64,000 bases of DNA from a candidate division FCPU426 bacterium. Its GTDB lineage: Bacteria; Oederibacteriota; JAAXVQ01; JAUVAV01. Under the pieces are notes generated by a model. The model was not told the DNA's origin. It did no database searches and saw only the letters and a program-made list of their open reading frames with translations. Location: the NCBI GenBank assembly GCA_030637655.1, contig DAOWGI010000002.1, forward strand, positions 3,122-67,121. The letters run 5' to 3'. The position numbers and the translations under genes were made by a program. Positions 8,851 through 17,643 of this stretch are shown in pieces; the first letter of the stretch is position 1, and the number at the start of each line of letters is the position of its first letter.

Positions 8851-10172
8851 TTAATCAGACCGTATTTTTGCAGCTTGTATTGTAAAGTGCTGCGTTGGAT
8901 ACCGAGTAGTTTGGCAGCTTGGGCCTGATTGTTGCCGGTTTGTGTTAAAGCTTCCTGGATTAAACGCTTTTCCATGCTTTCCACCATCTGATTCAAATTC
9001 TTATCACCCAGACGAACATCTTCATTGGGTTTGGCCAAAGCCAAATCCACTCGCAAGGTTTCACCGGAAGAAAGCAGGATTGCACGCTCAATAATATTTT
9101 CTAATTCCCGCACATTGCCCGGCCAATGGTATTCCCGTAACAGACGTTCACCAAGACGCGTAATTTTAAATTCCCGGTTTTCCGCCTTTTTGCCTAAGAA
9201 GTGCTTGGTCAAAAGCAGGATATCATCGCTGCGTTCCCTGAGCGGGGGCAGGGGAATCGGAAAGACATTCATCCGCCAATACAAATCTTCGCGGAATTTT
9301 CCCTCCCTGATCATGGCCGGCAAATCCCGGTGTGTGGCCGCAACAATCCGGACATCCACTTGTATGGGTTCATTGCCGCCCACACGCTCGAAGGTTTTGC
9401 TTTCCAGGAAACGTAGCAGCTTGACTTGTATTTCCAGGGGAATTTCACCTAATTCATCCAAAAACAGAGTGCCGCCTTGGCTAATTTCCAGGCGTCCTTT
9501 ACGCTGGTTGGTAGCGCCGGTGTAGGCGCCTTTTTCGTGCCCGAAGAGTTCGCTCTCAATCAGTGTCTGGCTGTACGCTGCGCAGTGGACCACAATGAAA
9601 GGTCCGTCTTTTCGATTACTGCGTTGATGCAACGTATGTGCGATTAATTCTTTTCCGGTACCGGTCTCGCCGGTAATCAGTGCTGTAGTATTTGTGGATG
9701 CTACTTGCTCGATCAAACGGATCAAATCCTGCATGGGAGTGGAAGCGCCTACAATATTCCCGAAACGCGCCTCAGTTTCTTCCTGTAGATAACGATGATT
9801 TTCAAGCAGACGCTGCTCCTGAATCAAACGGTCGATTTTTATTTCTATTTCATCCAAACGGAAGGGCTTGACCACATAATCATCCGCGCCGTGTTGCATG
9901 GCCTCGACCGCGTTTTCGACAGATCCGTAGGCAGTCATCAAAATAACAGCCGTAGCATAGGTGTGTTCTTTGATGTGATTCAAAAGTTCCAGGCCCGATT
10001 TGCCAGGTAGTTTTAAATCCGTCAGCACCAGGTCAAATTCATATTTTTGCATTAAAGTTATTGCGGTCTCGCTGTCCGGCGCACTTTCTACTGCGAATTG
10101 TTTTTCTTTCAAAGCGCGTACCAGTACTTCGCGGATATTTTCTTCATCTTCAACAATTAAGATATTTTCCAT
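8847..10172 (-). CDS. sigma-54-dependent two-component response regulator (NtrC family)
   Basis: The REC domain has DLVLTDLKLPGKSG. The AAA+ domain has GETGTGKE and ESELFGHEKGAYTGA. The C-terminus has a Fis-type HTH (AAKLLGIQRSTLQYKLQKYGL). Confidence 0.9.
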   Translation of the reverse strand: MENILIVEDEENIREVLVRALKEKQFAVESAPDSETAITLMQKYEFDLVLTDLKLPGKSGLELLNHIKEHTYATAVILMTAYGSVENAVEAMQHGADDYVVKPFRLDEIEIKIDRLIQEQRLLENHRYLQEETEARFGNIVGASTPMQDLIRLIEQVASTNTTALITGETGTGKELIAHTLHQRSNRKDGPFIVVHCAAYSQTLIESELFGHEKGAYTGATNQRKGRLEISQGGTLFLDELGEIPLEIQVKLLRFLESKTFERVGGNEPIQVDVRIVAATHRDLPAMIREGKFREDLYWRMNVFPIPLPPLRERSDDILLLTKHFLGKKAENREFKITRLGERLLREYHWPGNVRELENIIERAILLSSGETLRVDLALAKPNEDVRLGDKNLNQMVESMEKRLIQEALTQTGNNQAQAAKLLGIQRSTLQYKLQKYGLIK

Positions 10173-10173
10173 A

Positions 10174-11586
10174 TTACACCTCCGGGTTTAGGGGGAGAGA
10201 GATTTGGAAGCAGGCGCCAACCGGGGTAGTTGCCAGTTCCAAGGTTCCTCCGTGTGCTTCGATAATATTGCGCGCAATAGCCAATCCCAAACCGGTTCCC
10301 TTGGGTTTTTTAGAGAAAAACGGTTGGAATATATTTTCTTGATAAGCCTCCGGTATACCAGCACCGGTATCAGACACCAATGCCTGTAAACGATTCGGAT
10401 GATTTTTAATTTCCAATGTCACTTGGCCTTCCGGACCGCAAGCCTCCCGGGCATTTAAGAGTAAATTACGTAGCACGGTCATAAAACCGGAGAAATCCAC
10501 CTGGACTTCAGCAGGCGCTTCCCAAGGGAGCAAGATCCGACAATTGGGATCAATGGTTTTGCACTCCTCAACCACACGTGTTATAGGAGATGTACTTATG
10601 TTCAGCTTAGGTTGACGAGCGTACGCCATAACTTCATGTATGATTTTATCCATGCGATCAATTTCCTGACGTATACGATCAACCAGATCCTGACTCGCGG
10701 CCGAGGTACGGATGTCTTTCCGGCGTGCCAAAAGGTCCGCTAACCCACTGATCGCTCCGAGTGGATTGCGAATCTCGTGTGCCACACCGGCGGATAGAAT
10801 TTTTAACTCAGCCACCCGTTTTTCATGCTGCTCGCGTTCCTGCTTGGTCTTTTTTTCCAGATTAGAGGCCATCTCATTGAACGTGCGTGAGAGGTAGGCG
10901 ATCTCGTCTGTGCCTTGGACATTCACTCGCACACTCTGGTTGCCGGTTTGTAAGGCTCGAAAGGCTTTGGTTATGCGGGAAAATTTCTTGCCCAAATACA
11001 GAGACATGATCCAACTTAAGGCCAAAGCCAGAATAATACCGAATCCTAAGGTTAGGTTTCTTCTGGAATTGACCCGTTCAACCACAGAGAACATTTCCGA
11101 ACCGGCTGAGATGAGCAGCAAGAGTTCATCGTTGATCGGCCAGAGCATAAATTTTTGCCATTGTCCCTGACGGTTGCGGTGCAGTCGGCTCAGTGTGCCT
11201 GCCGGGTTCTGAGGGAGCAGGGAGCCGTAGCCGGTTACAGTTCCGGGCGGAAGATTTCCGCTATCTGCGGTCACCAGTCCTTGTTTGGTTAAAAAAGTAA
11301 TGTGGTCCAATTGATAGGCCTTGGCAAAGTCAGACAATGCTTTGCTGTCCTGTTTGTGCAAGGTTGTGCTCTCGTCTCCCGGAACATACATGCCTAAACG
11401 CGTTGAAGGCAAATTTTTTTGCGCAATGTCGGCCACCAGAGTCAAGCGGATGGTAAGCTGGCGGTCCCAGGCCGTAAGAAAGAGGTTGCCAATGATCCAG
11501 GTAAAGAGGAGCAGGGTGATAACCAGTACCAGCAGCATCATAGTGAAGATTTGCCATTGTAATGACCAGGTGAATGTACGTTGCAT
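10174..11586 (-). CDS. membrane sensor histidine kinase (HAMP-HisKA-HATPase)
   Basis: It has two TM segments, the H-box GVAHEIRNPL, the N box LLNAREA, and the G boxes DTGAGIP and GTGLGLAIA. It sits 1 nt from the regulator gene. Confidence 0.85.
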   Translation of the reverse strand: MQRTFTWSLQWQIFTMMLLVLVITLLLFTWIIGNLFLTAWDRQLTIRLTLVADIAQKNLPSTRLGMYVPGDESTTLHKQDSKALSDFAKAYQLDHITFLTKQGLVTADSGNLPPGTVTGYGSLLPQNPAGTLSRLHRNRQGQWQKFMLWPINDELLLLISAGSEMFSVVERVNSRRNLTLGFGIILALALSWIMSLYLGKKFSRITKAFRALQTGNQSVRVNVQGTDEIAYLSRTFNEMASNLEKKTKQEREQHEKRVAELKILSAGVAHEIRNPLGAISGLADLLARRKDIRTSAASQDLVDRIRQEIDRMDKIIHEVMAYARQPKLNISTSPITRVVEECKTIDPNCRILLPWEAPAEVQVDFSGFMTVLRNLLLNAREACGPEGQVTLEIKNHPNRLQALVSDTGAGIPEAYQENIFQPFFSKKPKGTGLGLAIARNIIEAHGGTLELATTPVGACFQISLPLNPEV

Positions 11587-11615
11587 AGTGTAACCTCTAT
11601 GAATACTCTGCGAAC

Positions 11616-11689
11616 GTAGGGAACGGTCCCCCGACCTGTTGGGGAATCCCTTTCCTCTATATACTTCAGGTCGGGGGACCGTTCCCTAC
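11616..11689. repeat. REP-like palindrome, family 3 (GTAGGGAACGGTCCCCCGACCTG...)
   Basis: This is a 74-nt near-perfect hairpin. Its reverse complement matches 44985-45054 through the left arm and loop. Confidence 0.7.
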
Positions 11690-11694
11690 GACGT

Positions 11695-13014
11695 CTAAAA
11701 GGAGACAGCTGTTCCCAGGGTAAAGGTATTGTACTTAAAATTGTACGGCGCATTGTCTTCCACATTGGAATTGGAAGTTTGTGAAACTGAGTGGAAACTA
11801 AAGTACAGGTTGAACCATTCGGCAAAGAGCTGCTGCCGTAAAGTAATGTTGAAATCCAAGCTGGATTCCCAATGAGGGTCATCCCATTTGTATTCGGTTA
11901 TTTCCTGATCATCAGTACTCACTTTTTGCAAAGACGGGCGTGAGTAGAAATGACGATTTTGCCAGGCAAAACTGAGAGAGCCGCGCGGTAAATACCCGGC
12001 AATGGGGAACCAGAGTTTGAAATTATAGAGTAAACGTGGCCGGTTTTGCCGGTAATTGTAGTATTCGCCAAGATAGACACCGTTGCCTACATCATAGTAC
12101 CCGGTATTGGCATAGCGGATGCGGTAATTGTAATCAATTTCCAACTGATGGTATTTATTGATATAAAATGGTAATTCAAGATAGACATCCATATAACCGT
12201 CTTGACGCAGGTCATCAGAGAGCGTGGCGTCTGTATTTACGACAGGCATTTCCACATAGTTGACACCTTTGATATGGACTTCGGCGTTGGTCAAGATCGG
12301 GAGTTTGCCCCAGGTGAATTCCTGGCGCAACCAGAATTCATTTACGTTAATATCTTTTTCATGCATATCACGGGGAATATCAGAAGGCCAGGTTAAACCT
12401 TTTTCTTCATATAGCTTTACAAAATCAGCATTAGTATAATTAGGATAACGACGGCCATAGGCTTTGTAACCAAGTTTGGAGCGCATGGGCACACCTAAGC
12501 GGTACTTGGCGCTGAGCTCACCCCAACCGCCGGCATCATTATAATTGTAGATACCGGTATCAATGGTCTCATTATTGGATTCTTGTGCTTTTTCAATACG
12601 GCCGAAGCCCTTTAGTTTGGCACTGAACGCGCGGTTAAAGGCATAATTAGCGCCCAGCAAGTAATAGAAATTGAGACGGCGCTGGAAGACAAAAGCTTCA
12701 TCTTCCAATTGGAGCAAATTGTTGGCTCCGGTAAATTCAAATTCAAAAGACGGAGTGATCCAGAGTCCCGGGATTTCACTGAAACTTACATTTGGGGCAA
12801 AGTAAAGATAAACATTTTCTCCGGTGGATTGTTGATCCGAATCATCGGTTTGAGTTTGTTCAGTCGCATATTCAGCATCATAGCCGGCACTGTTTATTGC
12901 CAGGCTGGCATCAATCAAGGGTATAAACTTTATCTTAGCATCAAGTGTTAGGCCGGTCATAAGTATAATTCCCAAAGCGATTACAAGATTAGTGAAGTGT
13001 TGTGTACGTTTCAT
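11695..13014 (-). CDS. outer-membrane beta-barrel-like protein, unknown function
   Basis: I chose the internal start MKRTQHFTNLVIALGIILMTG (signal-like) with GGAG 7 nt upstream. The sequence is rich in alternating aromatic/polar residues and has the C-terminal ...TLGTAVSF terminal-Phe signature typical of OMPs. Confidence 0.5.
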   Translation of the reverse strand: MKRTQHFTNLVIALGIILMTGLTLDAKIKFIPLIDASLAINSAGYDAEYATEQTQTDDSDQQSTGENVYLYFAPNVSFSEIPGLWITPSFEFEFTGANNLLQLEDEAFVFQRRLNFYYLLGANYAFNRAFSAKLKGFGRIEKAQESNNETIDTGIYNYNDAGGWGELSAKYRLGVPMRSKLGYKAYGRRYPNYTNADFVKLYEEKGLTWPSDIPRDMHEKDINVNEFWLRQEFTWGKLPILTNAEVHIKGVNYVEMPVVNTDATLSDDLRQDGYMDVYLELPFYINKYHQLEIDYNYRIRYANTGYYDVGNGVYLGEYYNYRQNRPRLLYNFKLWFPIAGYLPRGSLSFAWQNRHFYSRPSLQKVSTDDQEITEYKWDDPHWESSLDFNITLRQQLFAEWFNLYFSFHSVSQTSNSNVEDNAPYNFKYNTFTLGTAVSF

Positions 13015-13100
13015 TCTTTCCTCCAATGTATGAAATTTCGGCACATTTGCGCAAAAAAAACCGGTCCGCAGGGTGTTGGCCCTGCGGACCGGAGGTATAT

Positions 13101-14195
13101 TTACCGCCACGGACGTTCTGCCCGGTTTTCATATACATCAACCAGATGCAGGAACTGGGATACAATATCAATGTTACGTTCCCCGAATTCCGAAGCTGTG
13201 AAAACCCTTTCTTTATAGGTGTTGAAAACCAAGGCGGTGATGTCTTCCAACAGAGTGGTGTAGTCATTATGGAAGTTTTCCCAGGAGTCGGTGCGTAATT
13301 GACGCAGACTCCCGTTTTCACCAATCAGATAATCATCAATCTGGAACCAGGTGCCATCATCAAAAGTATACTTGACACGGGTTGCCAAACGATTGTTGTT
13401 GATTATGCTATTCTCGATAGTGGCAAAGCCTTTCCACTCATACTGAGTATTGGCCGGGTCGACGTTTTCATGATAAGCTTTGCGGATGCCATTGATTTCC
13501 GTTCCTGCGAAAGCTTCGGTAAGCGCATATCCCTGGTAGGTTAAATTCTCTGTAATCGCGTGCTCAACCCAGGTGGGTTCATGGTATTCAACTACATAAT
13601 TAACCTTGTCCATCATATTGGAATATTCAACGGATTCTTTGGTTAAGTAGATGTCCGGGATTTGGTTATTAAACCATTTTTTGAAAATATATTTTGTGTC
13701 CCTGGGAACAACGTCATTAAAGTAGGCATGGTAATTGGCATGATCCAAGCGGTTGTCGCGAATGGTCAGGTTTAAAAACCGGACCTGATTGGGTTCCGGA
13801 CGCATGACATATTCTTCCATACGCACGCGATTGCCATTCATGTCTGTCAAGACCTTGCCCAAATGCAAGTCCACATTTTTTTCAGTCATGGCCAATTCCA
13901 GGTCTTTATGACCTTGCACACGTTCTTCCATGCCCTCGGCGCGCAGAGCTTCGCGCATGGTGTTTTCTTGATTCAGCTCATCTAATTGCATAAGCTCCTG
14001 GATGCGCGCAACTTTAGCTTCGCGGACCTCGCCTCCGGTGGTCGCGGTGGCGTAGTCCATTACTTTTTCGACCACCGAAGCTTCTACCTTGGTCGAGGTA
14101 CGTAAATCTTCAATGGGTCGGACTGCCCAGCTCGGTACTGCCAAGAGGGCAACAAAGGTAAAAATGGGCAGAGATTTTAAAATTGAGAATTTCAT
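13101..14195 (-). CDS. secreted hypothetical protein
   Basis: I chose the internal start MKFSILKSLPIFTFVALLAVPSWA (signal peptide) preceded by AAGGAG. I recognise no motif. Confidence 0.5.
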   Translation of the reverse strand: MKFSILKSLPIFTFVALLAVPSWAVRPIEDLRTSTKVEASVVEKVMDYATATTGGEVREAKVARIQELMQLDELNQENTMREALRAEGMEERVQGHKDLELAMTEKNVDLHLGKVLTDMNGNRVRMEEYVMRPEPNQVRFLNLTIRDNRLDHANYHAYFNDVVPRDTKYIFKKWFNNQIPDIYLTKESVEYSNMMDKVNYVVEYHEPTWVEHAITENLTYQGYALTEAFAGTEINGIRKAYHENVDPANTQYEWKGFATIENSIINNNRLATRVKYTFDDGTWFQIDDYLIGENGSLRQLRTDSWENFHNDYTTLLEDITALVFNTYKERVFTASEFGERNIDIVSQFLHLVDVYENRAERPWR

Positions 14196-14252
14196 TGAAA
14201 TTACTCCTTTCAAGTCATATTTTTGTTTTATAGTATACATACTTTTATATAC

Positions 14253-14268
14253 TGCATGATCCGTGCCA
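14253..14268 (-). promoter_or_regulatory. candidate sigma-54 (-24/-12) promoter
   Basis: The minus strand reads TGGCACGGATCATGCA against the consensus TGGCACG-N4-TTGCW, with one mismatch. It lies ~57 nt upstream of ATG 14195, at the head of the operon that ends with the NtrC-type regulator. Confidence 0.55.
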
Positions 14269-14527
14269 AAAAGTAAGGGATTCATTGTAAGCGAAAAAAC
14301 CCTTTTATAAAAAGCAAATAATAATTTTTAAAAAGATCAGGAAAAATTAACTTTCTTTACAAATTGCCGAATATTAATACACAAGCAATGATATTTCTTG
14401 TTTTACTCAAAAATCAACACTTCTTTAGCAAGTGACGAAAATTGGTTCCTGTTGACGAAAATTCGACGCTTGAAAAAGCCTTGTAAATAAAGGGTAATGC
14501 ACACTGTTCATAGTATAAGTTTCGAAA

Positions 14528-16267
14528 GTGTCCAGAAAAAATAAAGGGATTTTTTCAAAAATGTTCATCTTGCGAATTATCATTCTGACCATTGGTTTTA
14601 GCATGGTCATTACCTCTATTACTTCGAATTTGGCAGAGTATAAGGCGCCACTCTTATCTATTAATATGGTATCCAATCATTTGAAAAATTGGGTGGACAA
14701 TACAGAGCATAAAAAGACTATTCGCATCGGCGCTCGTACGATTGCGGCAGTTCCCTGGATAAAGGCATTTTATTCCGCCCGCAATTACAAACCGGTTTGG
14801 CTCAATGTAAATGGGCCCCTGTCCAGAGCCTATACGCTGGCGCGTGCAGTTGAGGAAGTAGACAAGGAAGGTTTGCGTCCGGAAAAATACCATGTTAAAA
14901 AGATAAATAAAATATTAAAAGGAATCCGCCAAGGCAAGTATCAATCCGGTGGTTTTTTACATCCTGTGCATCTGGCTGCTTTGGAAATATTTTTGACCGA
15001 TGCCTTTTTTATGTGCGCGTCTCATCTGGCCTGGGGTCAAGTGGATCCGCGCTTGGTGGATGAACGTTTATTGCCGGAGCAGATTGAACACGATTTTGTG
15101 GCGCTTTTAAACCAGACCTTAGAGACGGAAGATTTTTTAAATTTTTTTGCGCGTGTGGTTCCCAAAAGCCGGGAATATCAGCAATTGAAAACAGCCCTGG
15201 TTGAGTACCGTTTGCTGCAAAAGAAAGAAAAATGTCTCAGAATTTTTCCCAAGTTACGGTTAGTCAAAGGGGTGCGTGACCGTAGAACCATACCGGCTTT
15301 GCGTTATAAATTGGGTTTGCTGGGTGATTTGATACAAACCTCTGCGCTGGATGATACACTTTTCAATGATGAAGTGGAGTTGGCGCTCATGCATTTTCAA
15401 ATCCGGCATGGTTTGAAGGTAAGCGGGGAATTAAACGAAGAAACCATACAGCAGCTTAATAAACCGATGGAAGAATACATCGTGCATTTAGAAGCGAATC
15501 TGGAGCGCATGCGCTGGAGAACCTATAATTGGGAGGATCAGTATCTGGTGGTCAATATTCCTGATTTTTCCCTGAAGATGATAAGCAAGAATAAAACCGT
15601 GCTGCATATGCGTGTGGTGGTGGGGAAGCAATATACCAAAACCCCGATTTTTAGCGATAAACTTCGGTTTGTTGTTCTGAATCCGGTTTGGAAGATTCCG
15701 CCTGCCATTATTTTGAGAGAAAAATTATGGAAAATCAGGCATGAGAAAAACTATTTTAAGCGGCATCATATTAAAGTCACACGTGGCTGGGGGAAAAACG
15801 CGCAGGATATTGATCCGGCGACAGTGGACTGGCGAAAAGTGCGTATCAAGGATTTTTATGGAAAATACCGCTTTCGCCAAACTTCAGGACCTTCCAATCC
15901 CTTAGGACGCGTGAAATTCATGTTTCCTAATAAATATAATGTCTATTTGCACGATACGCCGCAACGCAAGCTCTTTCGAAAAGAGGCGCGCTATTTCAGT
16001 TCCGGCTGCATTCGCTTGGAAAAACCGCTAAAATTGGCCGCAGCCTGCTTGCGCGGCAACCGTTTTTGGACACCTCGACGGATTGAAGCTGCGGTAAAAG
16101 GTAAACTTAAACAAAAAATTAAGTTGACGAAATCCATTCCTATCCATATTTTATACAGGACCGCCTGGGTTGATAAAGACGGTGTTGTTCAATTTCGAAA
16201 AGACATTTATGGCCGGGATATAAAAATCATCCAAGCTTTCCGCGAAAATTATTTTCCGTCCTTATAA
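14528..16267 (+). CDS. ldtD: L,D-transpeptidase, YcbB/LdtD-like (PG-binding domain plus YkuD domain)
   Basis: The YkuD catalytic motif HDTPQRKLF...YFSSGCIRL is present. The PG-binding-like segment is ELALMHFQIRHGLKVSGELNEET, and there is an N-terminal TM anchor. The start may be ATG 14561. Confidence 0.75.
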   Translation: MSRKNKGIFSKMFILRIIILTIGFSMVITSITSNLAEYKAPLLSINMVSNHLKNWVDNTEHKKTIRIGARTIAAVPWIKAFYSARNYKPVWLNVNGPLSRAYTLARAVEEVDKEGLRPEKYHVKKINKILKGIRQGKYQSGGFLHPVHLAALEIFLTDAFFMCASHLAWGQVDPRLVDERLLPEQIEHDFVALLNQTLETEDFLNFFARVVPKSREYQQLKTALVEYRLLQKKEKCLRIFPKLRLVKGVRDRRTIPALRYKLGLLGDLIQTSALDDTLFNDEVELALMHFQIRHGLKVSGELNEETIQQLNKPMEEYIVHLEANLERMRWRTYNWEDQYLVVNIPDFSLKMISKNKTVLHMRVVVGKQYTKTPIFSDKLRFVVLNPVWKIPPAIILREKLWKIRHEKNYFKRHHIKVTRGWGKNAQDIDPATVDWRKVRIKDFYGKYRFRQTSGPSNPLGRVKFMFPNKYNVYLHDTPQRKLFRKEARYFSSGCIRLEKPLKLAAACLRGNRFWTPRRIEAAVKGKLKQKIKLTKSIPIHILYRTAWVDKDGVVQFRKDIYGRDIKIIQAFRENYFPSL

Positions 16268-16276
16268 AACCACCCC

Positions 16277-17329
16277 TTGGCATTATTGAACAAATCGAAA
16301 AAAAGGAGTTGTGTACAGGTGTTGGATTGCAGCAGGAAAATTGTAACCTTTAGTTTCATAATTGCCGTTTTGGTCTTATGCAGTACCACTGTCTGTATTG
16401 CTTCCCAAATCTTTTCCGCCGGTAAAGCTGATTTTAATGTTCGCTGCAATGATCAGGTTTTATGCTATCAGACGCAGGGAATCTTTGTGATGCCGGGTGA
16501 GAACGTGGTATTTGAGATTTTAGCTGCGGCTGGGACGGGTACCTATGTGTTTAATAGCAAGGATAAACAGGCCCAGGTTCTTTCCGACCGGAAATGGTGC
16601 TGGGAAGCGCCCGGACGAAAAGGCGTCTATACGGCAGAGATTTGCCATCTGCCCACCAAAGTCACTATGGTCATAAAAATTTTTGTAAGGGTGCCTTTTC
16701 AGCAGGTCCGTTCCGGACGTTTGCACGGATTCAAACTGGGAGATTATCCGAAACAAAAAAAAACCGGTGCCACGATCTATAACCGACCCGATGGATTTAT
16801 TGAAGTGACCCGGGAAAATCAACACGTCTGGGTAAGTCCGCATTTTCAGCTCAAACAGTTTTTGTGCAAACAGACCAAGCGTTTTCCTCAGTATGTTGTC
16901 ATTGATCAGAAATTGGTTATTAAGCTGGAAAATATTCTGGAAAAATTAAATGCTCGTGGAGTTTCTTGCCGGACGCTTTTGGTGATGAGCGGATACCGTA
17001 CGCCTTATTACAACAACCGGCTGGGTAATGTGAAATACAGTAGTCATGTCTGGGGCCGGGCGGCGGATATATTCATTGACGAAAATCATGATGGTTATAT
17101 GGATGATATTAATAAAGACGGAAAGCTAAACTATCTTGATTTGCAGGTGATTTATAATATTGTGAATGAATTGGATCGTACGCCACAGGAAAAAGCCATG
17201 GTGGGTGGTATGGGTTTGTACTTCGGCAATCGCTCTCACGGGCCTTTTGTGCATGTTGATGTGCGCGGCAAAAGAGCCAGGTGGGGCATTGACTTTAAGC
17301 GGCCCTCGCTGGCCCAAAAAAAGCGTTGA
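16277..17329 (+). CDS. mepK: peptidase M15A / DUF882-type (MepK/YcbK-like) with an extra N-terminal domain
   Basis: SGYRTPYYNNRLGNVKYSSHVWGRAADIFID...GPFVHVD matches the zinc-ligand pattern of that family. Its adjacency to the ldtD-like gene mirrors E. coli ycbB-ycbK. Confidence 0.55.
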   Translation: MALLNKSKKRSCVQVLDCSRKIVTFSFIIAVLVLCSTTVCIASQIFSAGKADFNVRCNDQVLCYQTQGIFVMPGENVVFEILAAAGTGTYVFNSKDKQAQVLSDRKWCWEAPGRKGVYTAEICHLPTKVTMVIKIFVRVPFQQVRSGRLHGFKLGDYPKQKKTGATIYNRPDGFIEVTRENQHVWVSPHFQLKQFLCKQTKRFPQYVVIDQKLVIKLENILEKLNARGVSCRTLLVMSGYRTPYYNNRLGNVKYSSHVWGRAADIFIDENHDGYMDDINKDGKLNYLDLQVIYNIVNELDRTPQEKAMVGGMGLYFGNRSHGPFVHVDVRGKRARWGIDFKRPSLAQKKR

Positions 17330-17365
17330 CTGCATTTGTGATATCCATATAATTCGTTTTTAAAT

Positions 17366-17391
17366 TGTAGGGGCGAGGTTTCCTCGCCCTG
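17366..17391. repeat. REP-like palindrome, family 1 (GTAGGGGC...)
   Basis: The sequence TGTAGGGGCGAGGTTTCCTCGCCCTG lies just after the mepK-like stop. Confidence 0.65.
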
Positions 17392-17439
17392 TCGAAAATC
17401 GATGGACGAATCATTAAACAAAGGAGGTGAAAAAATATT

Positions 17440-17606
17440 CAGCAGTACTGCGTTGAACCAACGCAGCCATCCAATCCAGCAGTAGGAATGAGGTGTGAAT
17501 CCTCAGCTGCCCAGCAACTGTGAGCAGGACGAAATCCGCAATAGGTCACTGGTGATACCCGGGAAGACGCGGAGAGTAGGCGGAATGCGAGCCAGGAAAC
17601 AAGCTG
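17440..17606 (+). promoter_or_regulatory. cobalamin (B12) riboswitch
   Basis: Conserved strings appear in the right order: GGTGTGAATCC, GCTGCCCAGCAACTGTGAGC, GTCACTGG...GGGAAGACGC, and the B12-box-like GAGCCAGGAAAC. It lies immediately upstream of a TonB-dependent receptor and ABC importer. The boundaries are approximate. Confidence 0.75.
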
Positions 17607-17643
17607 ATTGGAAATATCTCTAGGGAGAAAAGGAGTTTTATAA

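Noticed and set aside
11538-11882. A 114-aa minus-strand ORF bridging the kinase/OMP intergenic region.
   Set aside because: It reads through the family-3 REP hairpin and overlaps the 3' end of the OMP-like gene in another frame. It has no support.
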